A stretch of 64,000 nucleotides of DNA, from contig CAXXMD010000003.1 of NCBI GenBank assembly GCA_963675755.2, positions 2,816,001 through 2,880,000 of the forward strand, read 5' to 3'. The position numbers were made by a program, and so were the translations under genes. Each line of letters starts with the position of its first letter. Position 1 is the first letter of the stretch. The notes under the pieces are model-generated. The model had not been told where the DNA came from. It saw only the letters and a list, made by a program, of their open reading frames with translations, and did not search any database. Positions 30,935-40,440 of this stretch are shown here, piece by piece. Source of the DNA: a bacterium (lineage in GTDB: Bacteria; Zhuqueibacterota; Zhuqueibacteria; Residuimicrobiales; Krinioviventaceae).

Positions 30935-33900
30935 TTATTTTTCTTTGCTCATCGCTTCCTGAATTGCTATGAGCAGACCTGACTGGTCAAAGGGTTTTCT
31001 TACCAACCGGTATCCTTCTTCGGGTAGATGGCCCGTATCCAGCATGTCATGACTGTAACCACTTGCAAAGACAATGGGAAGGTCGGGGTGTGTTTTCCGT
31101 ATATGGTCATGTACCATTCTACCGCTTTTTTTCGGCATTACAACGTCTAATATAACCAGATCAAGATCTTTATTGTATTTTGAAAATTTTTCTATTGCGT
31201 TTTCGCCGTCAACAGCAGTAATGATATTGTATCCTGCTTGTTCTAATATGAGTTCTGCGAGTTCACGTACCTGTTCATCATCTTCTGCTAAAAGAATTGT
31301 TTCACCGGCACCTTTTAATTCTTTGTATTGTCTTTGTTTTTCTGCTTCAATGGTACTGTTTTGGTCTTTATTGGCGGGCAGATAGATTTTAAAAACAGTG
31401 CCCATACCTTCTTCGCTATAAAGATTAATAAATCCACCATGTCGTTTGGTTATTGCATACACAGTTGACAAGCCAAGGCCCGTACCTTCACCAACCGCTT
31501 TGGTGGTGAAAAAGGGCTCAAAAATACGGTCTCTAATATCTTTGGGAATTCCTTTACCAGTATCGCTCACATTTATTGCTACATAGTTACCTTCCTGTGC
31601 TTCTGCATGGATTTGACAATATTCTTTTGATAACTGCATATTTTCAGTTTCTATAGACAGTTTGCCTCCCTCGGGCATGGCGTCTCTGGCATTTACACAA
31701 AGATTGAGTAAAATTTGCTCTACCTGTCCGGGATCAGCTTGTAATATTTGTAGATCAGCACCGGGATGAAAACTCAACTCTATATGTTCACCAATAATCC
31801 TGCGAATCATTTTTAACAGACCGCTGGTAAGGTCATTTAGATCGATTTGTTTCAACTGCAAGGTTTCACGTCTGCTAAAGGCAAGCAATTGGCGTACGAG
31901 CGCAGTTGCCCGCTCAGAGGCTTTGGCTACATGGTCCAGCGTTTTTCTGGCGGGATTACCTTCTCCCAATATATCCTGGGTCAGCTCTGTGTAGCCGGCA
32001 ATGACCTGAAGCATGTTATTAAAATCATGGGCCACACCTCCGGCAAGCTGGCCAATGGCTTCCATCTTTTGGGATTGGCGGATTTGGCCCTCTAATTCCA
32101 ATTCACGAGTAATATCATGATTTACGCTGACAAAGTTTGTAATATTACCATCTTCATCGCGGATTGGTGATATCTCTACTTCTTCTGTGTACAATGTACC
32201 ATCTTTTTTCTTGTTTATGACCTGGGATTTCCAGATTTTACCGGATAAAATGGTGTTCCATAATGCCTCGTAATATTCAGGTTCATGTTCACCACTTTTT
32301 AATATTCTTGGGTTTTGTCCAATTGCTTCTTTACGACTGAATCCGCTCGTTTTTTCAAATGCCGGATTCACATACTGCATGGTGCCTTCAATATCCGTAA
32401 TAATGACAACTTCAGACGCTTGCTCAATTGCTCTGGCAAGGCGAGTATTTTCTTCAAGGGCTTTTTTCTGGGCGGAAATATCTACCAGTATACCATCAAC
32501 ATAGTTTATAGTTGGTCCTTTTACCAATGTTGCCCAGATTTTGCAATACAGGGGAGTCCCATCTTTTTTCTTTAATGGCAGATCAAAGTTGTCTACCTTA
32601 CCCTGCTCTATCAATAATTTGTTAAATTCTTTGAATTTTGATGGATCTAAATAGAAATTAGGTAACGGATTTCTTGCAAATTCTTCAAAGGTATCATAAC
32701 CAAACATTTTGTAAACAGCAGGATTAGCGAGTATCATTCTCCCGTCTTCCTGGAATTGTCTGCGATAAATTCCAACGGGAAGTTGATTCAATAAGGAACG
32801 GTATTTATTTTCACTTTCGAGTAATGCCTTTTCTGAAATTTTTCTTTCCGTTATATCTCTGGCAACAACTACGATACGATCAATTCCTGCAATATGAACT
32901 TTTTTCATATTGACTTCAATCCAAAATATCTTGCCGGATTTGTGCTTTGCCTGCCATTCAAAAACAGATACTTCTTCACTTAATGCTTTCTTTAAAAGAA
33001 TTCCAGCTTCTTCAAGTGTATATGGTGGGACCCCTGAACTTATATCCTTGAGAGTGATGTTTTTAATTTCATCTTGTTCGAAACCATACATTTTACACAT
33101 GGTATCATTCACTGTAAGAATTTCGGCTGTATCAATATCGTGTATAAATACTGCATCACTAACACCATTAAAGATTGCTCTAAACTTTTCTTCACTTTCA
33201 CGCATATGTTGTTGTGCAAAATGTCTTGATTCTTCAACATTTAGTCCGGAAGAGATGATGCCCAACATATTTTTATCATAATCGTTTGGTTCGTATGGCT
33301 TGTTGTGAAAAACACATAAAATACCAACTTTTTCACCCCCTTGTTTAATGATGTGTCCAAAATAGGATTTGATGGATAGTTGGTGTATAATTGTATTTTC
33401 TATGTAATTTTGCGGATCAATTTCGGGAATGAATAACCAGTCTTTATTGCTGTTTGCAACCTGGCTGCATATACTACCTTCTAATCGGAATTTTAATGGA
33501 ATTGTTTTCGGGAGGTTCCAACTGCCAATTATTTCAAGTTGATCTTTATTAATGCGACTATAAATACAACAAGCTGCTCCAAGAATGTTTCCACAGAGTT
33601 CGGTTAGATTGTTAATATTTGCTTTAAAATCTGAGCTTGAATTGAGTAAAGTTTTGTTTATTGTTTCAAGACTTGCTGTAATTCTTTTTCTTTCCGAAAC
33701 ATCTCTTACAATGGCTAGGAGGAGTTTTTTGTCTGATATTGTTATCGAGTTCAGGCTTACTTCGGCAAAAAATGCTTTACCACCAAATGTTACATGAAGC
33801 CATTCAAAATATTGGGGTACACCGGCAAGTGCCTTTGTAACATTTTCTATTGATTTCTCTTTTGATTTATCGCCGTTGGGTTGATTATCCGGAGATAAAT

Positions 33901-34672
33901 CCCATGGATGCGCATCCAGAATTTGATCACGAGTACAATCAAACAATTCAAGAGTTTTTTGGTTGCAATCGATAAATTGATTTCCCTGCATGATTAAAAT
34001 TGCATCACTGGCATTTTCAATAAGCGATCTGTACAACTTTTCGCTCTCACGCAAGGCGGTTTCCTGTTTCTTTGTTTCCGTTATATCCCTTATTACACTG
34101 TGAATCTGGTCAAGTTCTCCTAAATTGTTCGTGCTGGGTCTGCTTTCCAATTCAATTATTAGAATATTTCCATTATTGCTACGAATTTCCAGTTCTGTTG
34201 TAATATTATCAATATTATTTTTTAGATTTTGGACATGTTGCTCTAGCAGTTTGATGGATTTTGAAGGGAGGAAGTCTGAAAAATGGCGTCCGATAACATC
34301 ATAACGGGTATATTCAAAGCTATCAAGCCAGGTATGATTTACATCAACAATAACTCCATTGGGGTCCATACTTTGATAGGCAATGGGTGCTTTTTCAAAC
34401 AGATCCTGAAATCTTAATTCACTGAATTTTAGTTTTTGAGCATAAATTTGTATACGCTTGAGTAATAATCCCGTGAGTAAACCTGCAGTGCCGCCAACCG
34501 TAATTGGTATAAGATACCATTTGGGCTCAATTGGTATTTTGAATAGAGTACGTTGCAAGGTAGCGATAACAGCCAAGATGATTGAACCAAGTAGGAAAGA
34601 AAAAATACCTCGTTTTATCCAGGGAAGCAGCGGATATAATGATTTTGAATTTTTGAGTGCATTTTGGTTCAT
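30935..34672 (-). CDS. Hybrid multi-PAS/GAF sensor kinase with C-terminal receiver
   Basis: 2 TM, five PAS-like repeats, [40 protein letters not shown] (ILLAEDD, LDVVMP). GGAG RBS favours 34672. Confidence 0.93.
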   Translation of the reverse strand: MNQNALKNSKSLYPLLPWIKRGIFSFLLGSIILAVIATLQRTLFKIPIEPKWYLIPITVGGTAGLLTGLLLKRIQIYAQKLKFSELRFQDLFEKAPIAYQSMDPNGVIVDVNHTWLDSFEYTRYDVIGRHFSDFLPSKSIKLLEQHVQNLKNNIDNITTELEIRSNNGNILIIELESRPSTNNLGELDQIHSVIRDITETKKQETALRESEKLYRSLIENASDAILIMQGNQFIDCNQKTLELFDCTRDQILDAHPWDLSPDNQPNGDKSKEKSIENVTKALAGVPQYFEWLHVTFGGKAFFAEVSLNSITISDKKLLLAIVRDVSERKRITASLETINKTLLNSSSDFKANINNLTELCGNILGAACCIYSRINKDQLEIIGSWNLPKTIPLKFRLEGSICSQVANSNKDWLFIPEIDPQNYIENTIIHQLSIKSYFGHIIKQGGEKVGILCVFHNKPYEPNDYDKNMLGIISSGLNVEESRHFAQQHMRESEEKFRAIFNGVSDAVFIHDIDTAEILTVNDTMCKMYGFEQDEIKNITLKDISSGVPPYTLEEAGILLKKALSEEVSVFEWQAKHKSGKIFWIEVNMKKVHIAGIDRIVVVARDITERKISEKALLESENKYRSLLNQLPVGIYRRQFQEDGRMILANPAVYKMFGYDTFEEFARNPLPNFYLDPSKFKEFNKLLIEQGKVDNFDLPLKKKDGTPLYCKIWATLVKGPTINYVDGILVDISAQKKALEENTRLARAIEQASEVVIITDIEGTMQYVNPAFEKTSGFSRKEAIGQNPRILKSGEHEPEYYEALWNTILSGKIWKSQVINKKKDGTLYTEEVEISPIRDEDGNITNFVSVNHDITRELELEGQIRQSQKMEAIGQLAGGVAHDFNNMLQVIAGYTELTQDILGEGNPARKTLDHVAKASERATALVRQLLAFSRRETLQLKQIDLNDLTSGLLKMIRRIIGEHIELSFHPGADLQILQADPGQVEQILLNLCVNARDAMPEGGKLSIETENMQLSKEYCQIHAEAQEGNYVAINVSDTGKGIPKDIRDRIFEPFFTTKAVGEGTGLGLSTVYAITKRHGGFINLYSEEGMGTVFKIYLPANKDQNSTIEAEKQRQYKELKGAGETILLAEDDEQVRELAELILEQAGYNIITAVDGENAIEKFSKYNKDLDLVILDVVMPKKSGRMVHDHIRKTHPDLPIVFASGYSHDMLDTGHLPEEGYRLVRKPFDQSGLLIAIQEAMSKEK

Positions 34673-34856
34673 TGACTGTCTCCTGTTACAATAGAAATCT
34701 ATTATGTTCGATTGGAGGCCAATAAATTTTACAAGCAATTCCCATTATTGCATGTAAAGGTATGCCTTGCTATTTTTGTCCCATGGCCTTGTTATATAAT
34801 TATATGATTTTCTTTGATTGTGTGCAAGTTAAATGTTTGTTTTTTATAAAATATGC

Positions 34857-34889
34857 AACCATGTCCGGCAATTGGAGCCGGACATGGTT
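34857..34889. terminator. Strong hairpin downstream of the 103-aa gene
   Basis: 13-bp perfect inverted repeat AACCATGTCCGGC / GCCGGACATGGTT. No clear U-tract. Confidence 0.55.
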
Positions 34890-34895
34890 TGCATT

Positions 34896-35207
34896 TCAGG
34901 ACGAAAACGCCTGATGTGCATCAATACAGCCAAGCTCTACAGCCTCCTGCAAAATATCAATGTGTCCCAATCGTTTGAAATAGAGGGACGCATAATTGCG
35001 CTGTACCAGGCTGCCTTGGAATAGATAGTAGCGAATTCTTGCACGGCCTTCCTGTGAGTCAACCAGTCCCAGCGCGTAATCAAGAATTTTATAGCTGCCA
35101 ATTCCCTTGGCGTCGTTCAGATACTGCATCAATATGTCAATATTTTCGGCAGTGCCTGATTTTGCTATCTGGCTGAGTTTGTCCATGGTTAACAGGTGGG
35201 TCGTCAT
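34896..35207 (-). CDS. Hypothetical helical protein (103 aa)
   Basis: Strong GGAGGTGG RBS before ATG. No domain recognised. Confidence 0.75.
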   Translation of the reverse strand: MTTHLLTMDKLSQIAKSGTAENIDILMQYLNDAKGIGSYKILDYALGLVDSQEGRARIRYYLFQGSLVQRNYASLYFKRLGHIDILQEAVELGCIDAHQAFSS

Positions 35208-35241
35208 TTTACCACCTCCCTTTCTTGAGTTAGGTTATATC

Positions 35242-35278
35242 AAAAAAAAAGCCCCGTTCTTTTCGGGAACGGGGCTTT
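35242..35278 (-). terminator. Attenuator terminator 2
   Basis: GCCCCGUUC-CCGAAAA-GAACGGGGC followed by U9. Confidence 0.9.
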
Positions 35279-35299
35279 AATGGATAGATAAAAGTGCCT

Positions 35300-35470
35300 T
35301 TACGGCCCCGTTTTGTTCATAATAGTATCAGTGCAATCAAAATCATCATTCATGGTATCTACAGCATAGAATACATCAAACGCATTGGAACAAACTGGCT
35401 GAGTTCCATTGCAGATGGCTTTATACATGATATCCATAATGTTGATGAAAATAGTTGATTTGTATTGCAT
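35300..35470 (-). CDS. Putative leader peptide 2 (56 aa, Asp and aspartate-family rich)
   Basis: AAGGA RBS. MQYKSTIFINIMDIMYKAICNGTQPVCSNAFDVFYAVDTMNDDFDCTDTIMNKTGP. Last codons contain the antiterminator strand. Confidence 0.65.
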   Translation of the reverse strand: MQYKSTIFINIMDIMYKAICNGTQPVCSNAFDVFYAVDTMNDDFDCTDTIMNKTGP

Positions 35471-35492
35471 GATTATTCCTTGTTTATAAATG

Positions 35493-35529
35493 AAAAAAGC
35501 CCCGCTCCTTATTGGGAACGAGGCTTTTT
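35493..35529 (-). terminator. Attenuator terminator 1
   Basis: GCCUCGUUCC-CAAUAA-GGAGCGGGGC followed by U6. The two G-U pairs form only on the minus strand. Confidence 0.88.
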
Positions 35530-35548
35530 AAGTTTATTTATAAATCTT

Positions 35549-35662
35549 TTATTGCCTCAATCCCGACGGTGCATCATCATCAATATCAAAATCAACAACA
35601 TCAAAGCAGACCGGTGCCCAAGCTTTGATTATAATGTTGAGATATGTTGTTGTTGTTTTCAT
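35549..35662 (-). CDS. Putative leader peptide 1 (37 aa; Thr, Ile and Asp runs)
   Basis: AAGGA RBS. MKTTTTYLNIIIKAWAPVCFDVVDFDIDDDAPSGLRQ, similar to peptide 2. Confidence 0.65.
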   Translation of the reverse strand: MKTTTTYLNIIIKAWAPVCFDVVDFDIDDDAPSGLRQ

Positions 35663-35699
35663 ATTGATTTTTTATTTCCTTAAAATTTAATGAGCAATA

Positions 35700-35727
35700 A
35701 ATATAGCATTTTTTCAGATTAATGCAA
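35700..35727 (-). promoter_or_regulatory. Putative promoter for the leader cassettes
   Basis: Minus strand TTGCAT, 16 bp, TATATT with an extended -10 TGn. Confidence 0.5.
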
Positions 35728-35739
35728 CAATTTTTTGTT

Positions 35740-38562
35740 TTATTTTAACAAAACCATCCTCTGAATGGATGAATATTTATCTGCTTTTATATTTAACCAA
35801 TAAATTCCGGAACTGACGGGTAAATTTGATTGATTGGTCCCGTTCCAGAAAAGTTGATGACTTCCCAAAGACATATTCCTGTTTATTAATTCTTTAACAA
35901 CTCTGCCATAAACATCATAAATTGTTAGTTTTACTTTTGCAGGTTTTGGCAGGTCAAAGCGGATGCTGGTTCCTGCATTAAATGGATTGGGAAAATTGGG
36001 GTAAAGTTGAAACTCAAGTGGCAGTTTTTCATTGCCATCATCAATTCCTGTACCTTTTTGTATAGAGAAATTAAAGGCTTGTTCGCATTCAGTCAAATGT
36101 CCGTCCAGGTCAATTGCAGTAACGTTCCATTGGTAGCTGTCACCTGCTAAAAGATTTGTATTGATCTGAAAAGAATTACCTACAACATATTGGTCAATAA
36201 TTACTGTTTCAATTCCTGTCATTTGTTTTACAACAAGATGATAAGTAATGTTATCACCGGGATCATTATCGTCGGCTTTTTCCCATTTTAATTCCGGAGT
36301 CAATGTAGAAAGGGTGCTTTTGTCTTCCGGTGACATGAGCCGAAAAGTATCAGGAGCCTGATTGTCGATAAACATTGCTCCCAGATCCCAATTGCCGGAT
36401 GTTTGACGTTCATTGCCATAATAATCGGTTGTAAACCAATCAAGTGCCGGGCCATTTTGGCGGGCAGGAGAAAGCGTTAACAGGTAAACGTCAGATACCA
36501 TGTTGGGCATATTGTTACCATATACTATTAATGGATCACCGTCGAGTGAACCTGATGCGTTAAGGGTATTGTTTTTATTGTCCCAATATTCCTGGAACAT
36601 CTCAATGGTTGTAAAATCTCGTTCATACGTGGGCAGTTCTTCATCGCGATAATGAATGATAGCATTGTTAACCGACAAAGGGCCCGTACCATATAAATTA
36701 TGATGCATAATATGTGAATGCCCGGCAACATCTGCAATGCTGAGCTGGAATTCGGCATTGTTGTAAATTATATTGCCTATAATGGTTTCAGCTTCAATCT
36801 GTCGGGACCCTGAAATTGTAGTTACCAAAGCCAGGCCGGCTTTGTAACCCGCATGCTCACTTGATCCATTTGCAATGATGGTATTATAAAGAACCTGGCA
36901 ATATTTACTTGCAGTAATGGCGATCCCCGCTCCTTCATTACCGAAACAGATATTATTATAAATCCAGGTGCTGTCTGCACCCTGATCAGCAATAATGCCA
37001 TTGCCGTCGCTCCACCAGTCGGCACCCACAGTGCCGGCAGTTCCCTGATTGTTATTACTGCTAACATTCCGCTTGACGATATTTCCTATACTTGATCCAT
37101 GAATGTTTATTCCACTGCATCCGCCATGCATCCAACCATTGTTCCAGACCGAGTTATGTTCAACAATATTGTGTGAGCCATTCACACTGATTCCCCAGGC
37201 ACCATTGTTCAGGCTTTGATTATGAGAAACACTACCTTCATTTGAATTGGATAACGAGATTCCCGAAGCACCGCAATCCTGGACCACATTGTTTTCAATA
37301 ACAATACCGGAAAGGGGAGAATCTTCCGAATATACATAAATACCATGTCCGGCACGACCGCCGTCTTTGGGATATTTGATCCATGAACTGTCGTATTCGG
37401 TTTTATCGATAGTAGCCGGGTAGCTGATTTTACTGATTGTATTTTCATTGATTGTTATGTCGTTTGTGTTTTGGACATGAATTGCAGAATAACTGTTTAC
37501 AATTTCAAAAGTCGATTCATCAGGATCACCTGAAATGTTATTAAGGATGATCTGGTTTCCGGAACCGGCATTTGTAACCGCAATATGTGAAGAATGTTGT
37601 TCAGTTGGGGAACCGTTTTCCCAAAATGTGCATGACTGAACAAGATTGTCTGTTGAATTGCTACCAATTATGGAAAGGGCTGATTCTCCCATATTATTGG
37701 AAAAATTGCAAATGTTAATTCTGGTTTTATTGGCATGACTTATTAAACAGCTAATCCCTGAATTGTTGCTAAAACTATTGTCAAAAACACTGTTTTCAAT
37801 GGGTATGGAATCCGATTCCTTGAGTTCATCCGGTTCGATGCCAATGGATAATGCAATGCCTGAAAGATTGGAAAATTCGTTATAGGAGATATCGGTAAAT
37901 GATGTTCGTGAACACCACACACCGCGTTCGGTTATGGTATCTGTCTGTGTTAAAGTATTCTGCAGGATGCGATTATAGTCTCCTGCCGTATCAAGGTAAA
38001 TATGGGCATCCCATATTCTTTCAGCATTACCCGTATTGGTAAAGGTGCATTCAGAGATTTCATTGTACGATGATGTGTTAAAAACATGGATTGCAGCAGA
38101 ACCTTGATTATCTGAAAATGTACAGTTGGTTATTTTATTATAATGCGAGTTATCAAGTAAAATAGGTTTACGATTTTCAGCACAGTTTGAAAATTCTAAA
38201 TTCTGTATATGAACAAAAGATACGCCTGTTAGATCCAGTGCGTATGTACCATCCCATGAATCCGCTGTCAGGATCGGTGTTTCGTTTTCGTAAGCCATGA
38301 TAACGATGGGATCAAGGGCGGTGCCAGATGCATGAACCTCTATTTTTTCAGAATAGGTGCCGTAACGAATGAAAAGCGTATCGCCGTGAACAAGGTATGG
38401 CACTGCATGAGATATTGTTTTGAACGGCCCATGATTGTCGGTTACAACCGGTGCAAGGCCATCAAAAGCATCGTTGCCACCGCTTTGAGCGACATACCAG
38501 GTTTCGGAATAGAGTGAGGCAGAAGAGATGAGCAGTAAAATGAGCAAGAATTGTTTTATCAT
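35740..38562 (-). CDS. Secreted right-handed beta-helix (pectin-lyase-like) protein with C-terminal FlgD/T9SS-type sorting domain
   Basis: Signal peptide, WYVA..GND..DG...PFKTI..A, many Asn-ladder PbH1-like repeats, WDLGA, C-terminal LYPNFPNPFN...QRMVLLK. Confidence 0.88.
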   Translation of the reverse strand: MIKQFLLILLLISSASLYSETWYVAQSGGNDAFDGLAPVVTDNHGPFKTISHAVPYLVHGDTLFIRYGTYSEKIEVHASGTALDPIVIMAYENETPILTADSWDGTYALDLTGVSFVHIQNLEFSNCAENRKPILLDNSHYNKITNCTFSDNQGSAAIHVFNTSSYNEISECTFTNTGNAERIWDAHIYLDTAGDYNRILQNTLTQTDTITERGVWCSRTSFTDISYNEFSNLSGIALSIGIEPDELKESDSIPIENSVFDNSFSNNSGISCLISHANKTRINICNFSNNMGESALSIIGSNSTDNLVQSCTFWENGSPTEQHSSHIAVTNAGSGNQIILNNISGDPDESTFEIVNSYSAIHVQNTNDITINENTISKISYPATIDKTEYDSSWIKYPKDGGRAGHGIYVYSEDSPLSGIVIENNVVQDCGASGISLSNSNEGSVSHNQSLNNGAWGISVNGSHNIVEHNSVWNNGWMHGGCSGINIHGSSIGNIVKRNVSSNNNQGTAGTVGADWWSDGNGIIADQGADSTWIYNNICFGNEGAGIAITASKYCQVLYNTIIANGSSEHAGYKAGLALVTTISGSRQIEAETIIGNIIYNNAEFQLSIADVAGHSHIMHHNLYGTGPLSVNNAIIHYRDEELPTYERDFTTIEMFQEYWDNKNNTLNASGSLDGDPLIVYGNNMPNMVSDVYLLTLSPARQNGPALDWFTTDYYGNERQTSGNWDLGAMFIDNQAPDTFRLMSPEDKSTLSTLTPELKWEKADDNDPGDNITYHLVVKQMTGIETVIIDQYVVGNSFQINTNLLAGDSYQWNVTAIDLDGHLTECEQAFNFSIQKGTGIDDGNEKLPLEFQLYPNFPNPFNAGTSIRFDLPKPAKVKLTIYDVYGRVVKELINRNMSLGSHQLFWNGTNQSNLPVSSGIYWLNIKADKYSSIQRMVLLK

Positions 38563-38671
38563 GGTTCCTTTCCGGTAATAGTTAATGCTGATAGTATACA
38601 AATTGTGTGCCAAATTCCAAATGTTAAAGTGTTGTGAAAATGAAACATTTTTATTATACTGTCGTATATTT

Positions 38672-38688
38672 ACTGACTATTAGTCAGT
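38672..38688. promoter_or_regulatory. TetR-type operator
   Basis: Perfect palindrome ACTGACTA-T-TAGTCAGT, 34 bp upstream of the tetR start. Confidence 0.8.
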
Positions 38689-38722
38689 TGTTGTGTTGTC
38701 GTTTAATTGATTTGAGGAATTC

Positions 38723-39379
38723 ATGGGAGTACAGGAACGCAGAGAACGTGAAAAAGAACAGCGTCGCAATGATATTTTAGATGCCGCTGAGCAGGTTTTC
38801 TTTGAAAAAGGTTTATCCTTGTCAACAATGGATGATGTTGCAGAGGCAGCAGAATTGAGTAAAGGTACATTGTATTTGTATTTCAATAGCAAGCAGGAGC
38901 TTTACCTGGGAATACACCAGCGTGGATTTGCGAAAATGCATGAAATGTTTACAACTGCTGCGGGAATGCATAAACAGGGTGTAGACAAGATCCGTGCAAT
39001 TGGAAATGCGTATTACGAGTTTTCAAAAAAGTATCCGGATTATTACAAGGCGATTATGTATTTTGAAGGTTCTGTTCTGGATTTTACTTCTGACAGCGAA
39101 ATGATAGAGCTATACCATCGAGATGGTAAGCAGGTTATGCAGTTTGTCCAAAATGTATTGAGTGAAGGTATTGATGATGGCACTATTGTTACAGATTTTC
39201 AGGTAGAACGGCTGGCTTTTATCTTGTGGGGACAAATCTCCGGAGTAATTCAGATCATTTCAAAAATATCGCAACATCCGGATAAACAAATCCAGTTTAA
39301 TCCTTTTGATTTGTTTGATGACTATATGCAATTTATGGGTAAATTGCTCATTAATCCTGGCAAGGAGGATAAATCTTGA
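38723..39379 (+). CDS. TetR/AcrR-family regulator
   Basis: ILDAAEQVFFEKG..TMDDVAEAAELSKGTLYLYFNSKQEL. Confidence 0.95.
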   Translation: MGVQERREREKEQRRNDILDAAEQVFFEKGLSLSTMDDVAEAAELSKGTLYLYFNSKQELYLGIHQRGFAKMHEMFTTAAGMHKQGVDKIRAIGNAYYEFSKKYPDYYKAIMYFEGSVLDFTSDSEMIELYHRDGKQVMQFVQNVLSEGIDDGTIVTDFQVERLAFILWGQISGVIQIISKISQHPDKQIQFNPFDLFDDYMQFMGKLLINPGKEDKS

Positions 39380-40440
39380 GAATACGATTAATTTTTGTAA
39401 ATATAATTCTAGTGGTCCTTTTATCATTTCTTTTGTCCAGTTGTAACCGACAGCAGGAAATTGTAAAAGAGGATTTGACAGTACCAGTAGAGACAGCTTC
39501 AATTCAACAGCAACATGTACAGGAAACACTGCATGCATCGGGGACGTTGCAATCGGGGCAGATCAGCAAACTTTCTTTTAAAATAGGCGGTATTATCAAA
39601 GATATACGTGTGGATGAAGCCGAGTCTGTGAAAAAAGGACAGATCCTGGCCGAGTTGTATCCTGACGAGATAGAAGCGCAATTGAAAAACGCGCGAACCC
39701 AATTTGAAAAAACCAAACGTGATTTTGAACGGGCCAAAAATCTGATAAAAGACAATGCAATATCTGTTCAACAGCGCCAGGATGCGGAATCGGCTTTTGA
39801 TGCTGCTACTGCAACATTACAGATTGCAGAGTTTAATGCCAAACATGCCAGGATAATTGCCCCTTCTTCCGGTAAAATATTGAAAATTATTGCTGAAGAA
39901 AATGAAATGACTGGTGCAGGAACACCTGTGCTGGTGTTTGCCTCTACCAGCAGTGCATGGCTGGTCAAGGTAAACATGTCTGATAAAGATGTGGTCAAAC
40001 TCTCAATGGGTGACCCGGCAGATATTCGGTTTGATGCATTTCCCGGCAAGGTATATAAAGCACATATCAGCGAAATTTCAGAATCGGCAGACAGTATGAC
40101 TGGTTTGTATGCGGTAGAATTGCAGCTGGATGACGAATTGGCTCGAAAGATCAATGGGCTGGTTGCTTCAATAGATATTATTCCGCAGCAAAAAACACAA
40201 TGTTTTCTTTTACCAACCAGTGCAATAGTCAGCGCGGTTGGTCAATCCGGATATGTTTATAAATTAGATGAATCCAATAACGCTGTCAAAGTCTCCATTA
40301 ATATATTGGGATTTTACAAAGATCAGTTGATGGTTGCCGGAGATTTATTAGATGGGGACAAGATCATTACAACCGGTGCCGCATACCTAAAAGAGGATAG
40401 CAAAATAGTGGTTTCTTCCAATGCGGAGGTCGGAAAATGA
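39376..40440 (+). CDS. RND efflux periplasmic adaptor (lipoprotein)
   Basis: Lipobox LSSC, LSFKIGGII..V..G, coiled hairpin, IIAPSSG. TTG start overlaps the tetR stop. Confidence 0.92.
   Translation: MRIRLIFVNIILVVLLSFLLSSCNRQQEIVKEDLTVPVETASIQQQHVQETLHASGTLQSGQISKLSFKIGGIIKDIRVDEAESVKKGQILAELYPDEIEAQLKNARTQFEKTKRDFERAKNLIKDNAISVQQRQDAESAFDAATATLQIAEFNAKHARIIAPSSGKILKIIAEENEMTGAGTPVLVFASTSSAWLVKVNMSDKDVVKLSMGDPADIRFDAFPGKVYKAHISEISESADSMTGLYAVELQLDDELARKINGLVASIDIIPQQKTQCFLLPTSAIVSAVGQSGYVYKLDESNNAVKVSINILGFYKDQLMVAGDLLDGDKIITTGAAYLKEDSKIVVSSNAEVGK

Noticed and set aside
35242-35529. Two similar GC-rich palindromes as CRISPR repeats or REP/MITE ends
   Set aside because: Only two diverged copies about 250 bp apart, each with a U-tract and no cas genes. 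Better explained as terminators.
35465-35683. 72-aa plus-strand ORF over the leader cassettes
   Set aside because: It crosses a terminator. RBSs, G-U pairs and the longer U-tracts all favour the minus strand.
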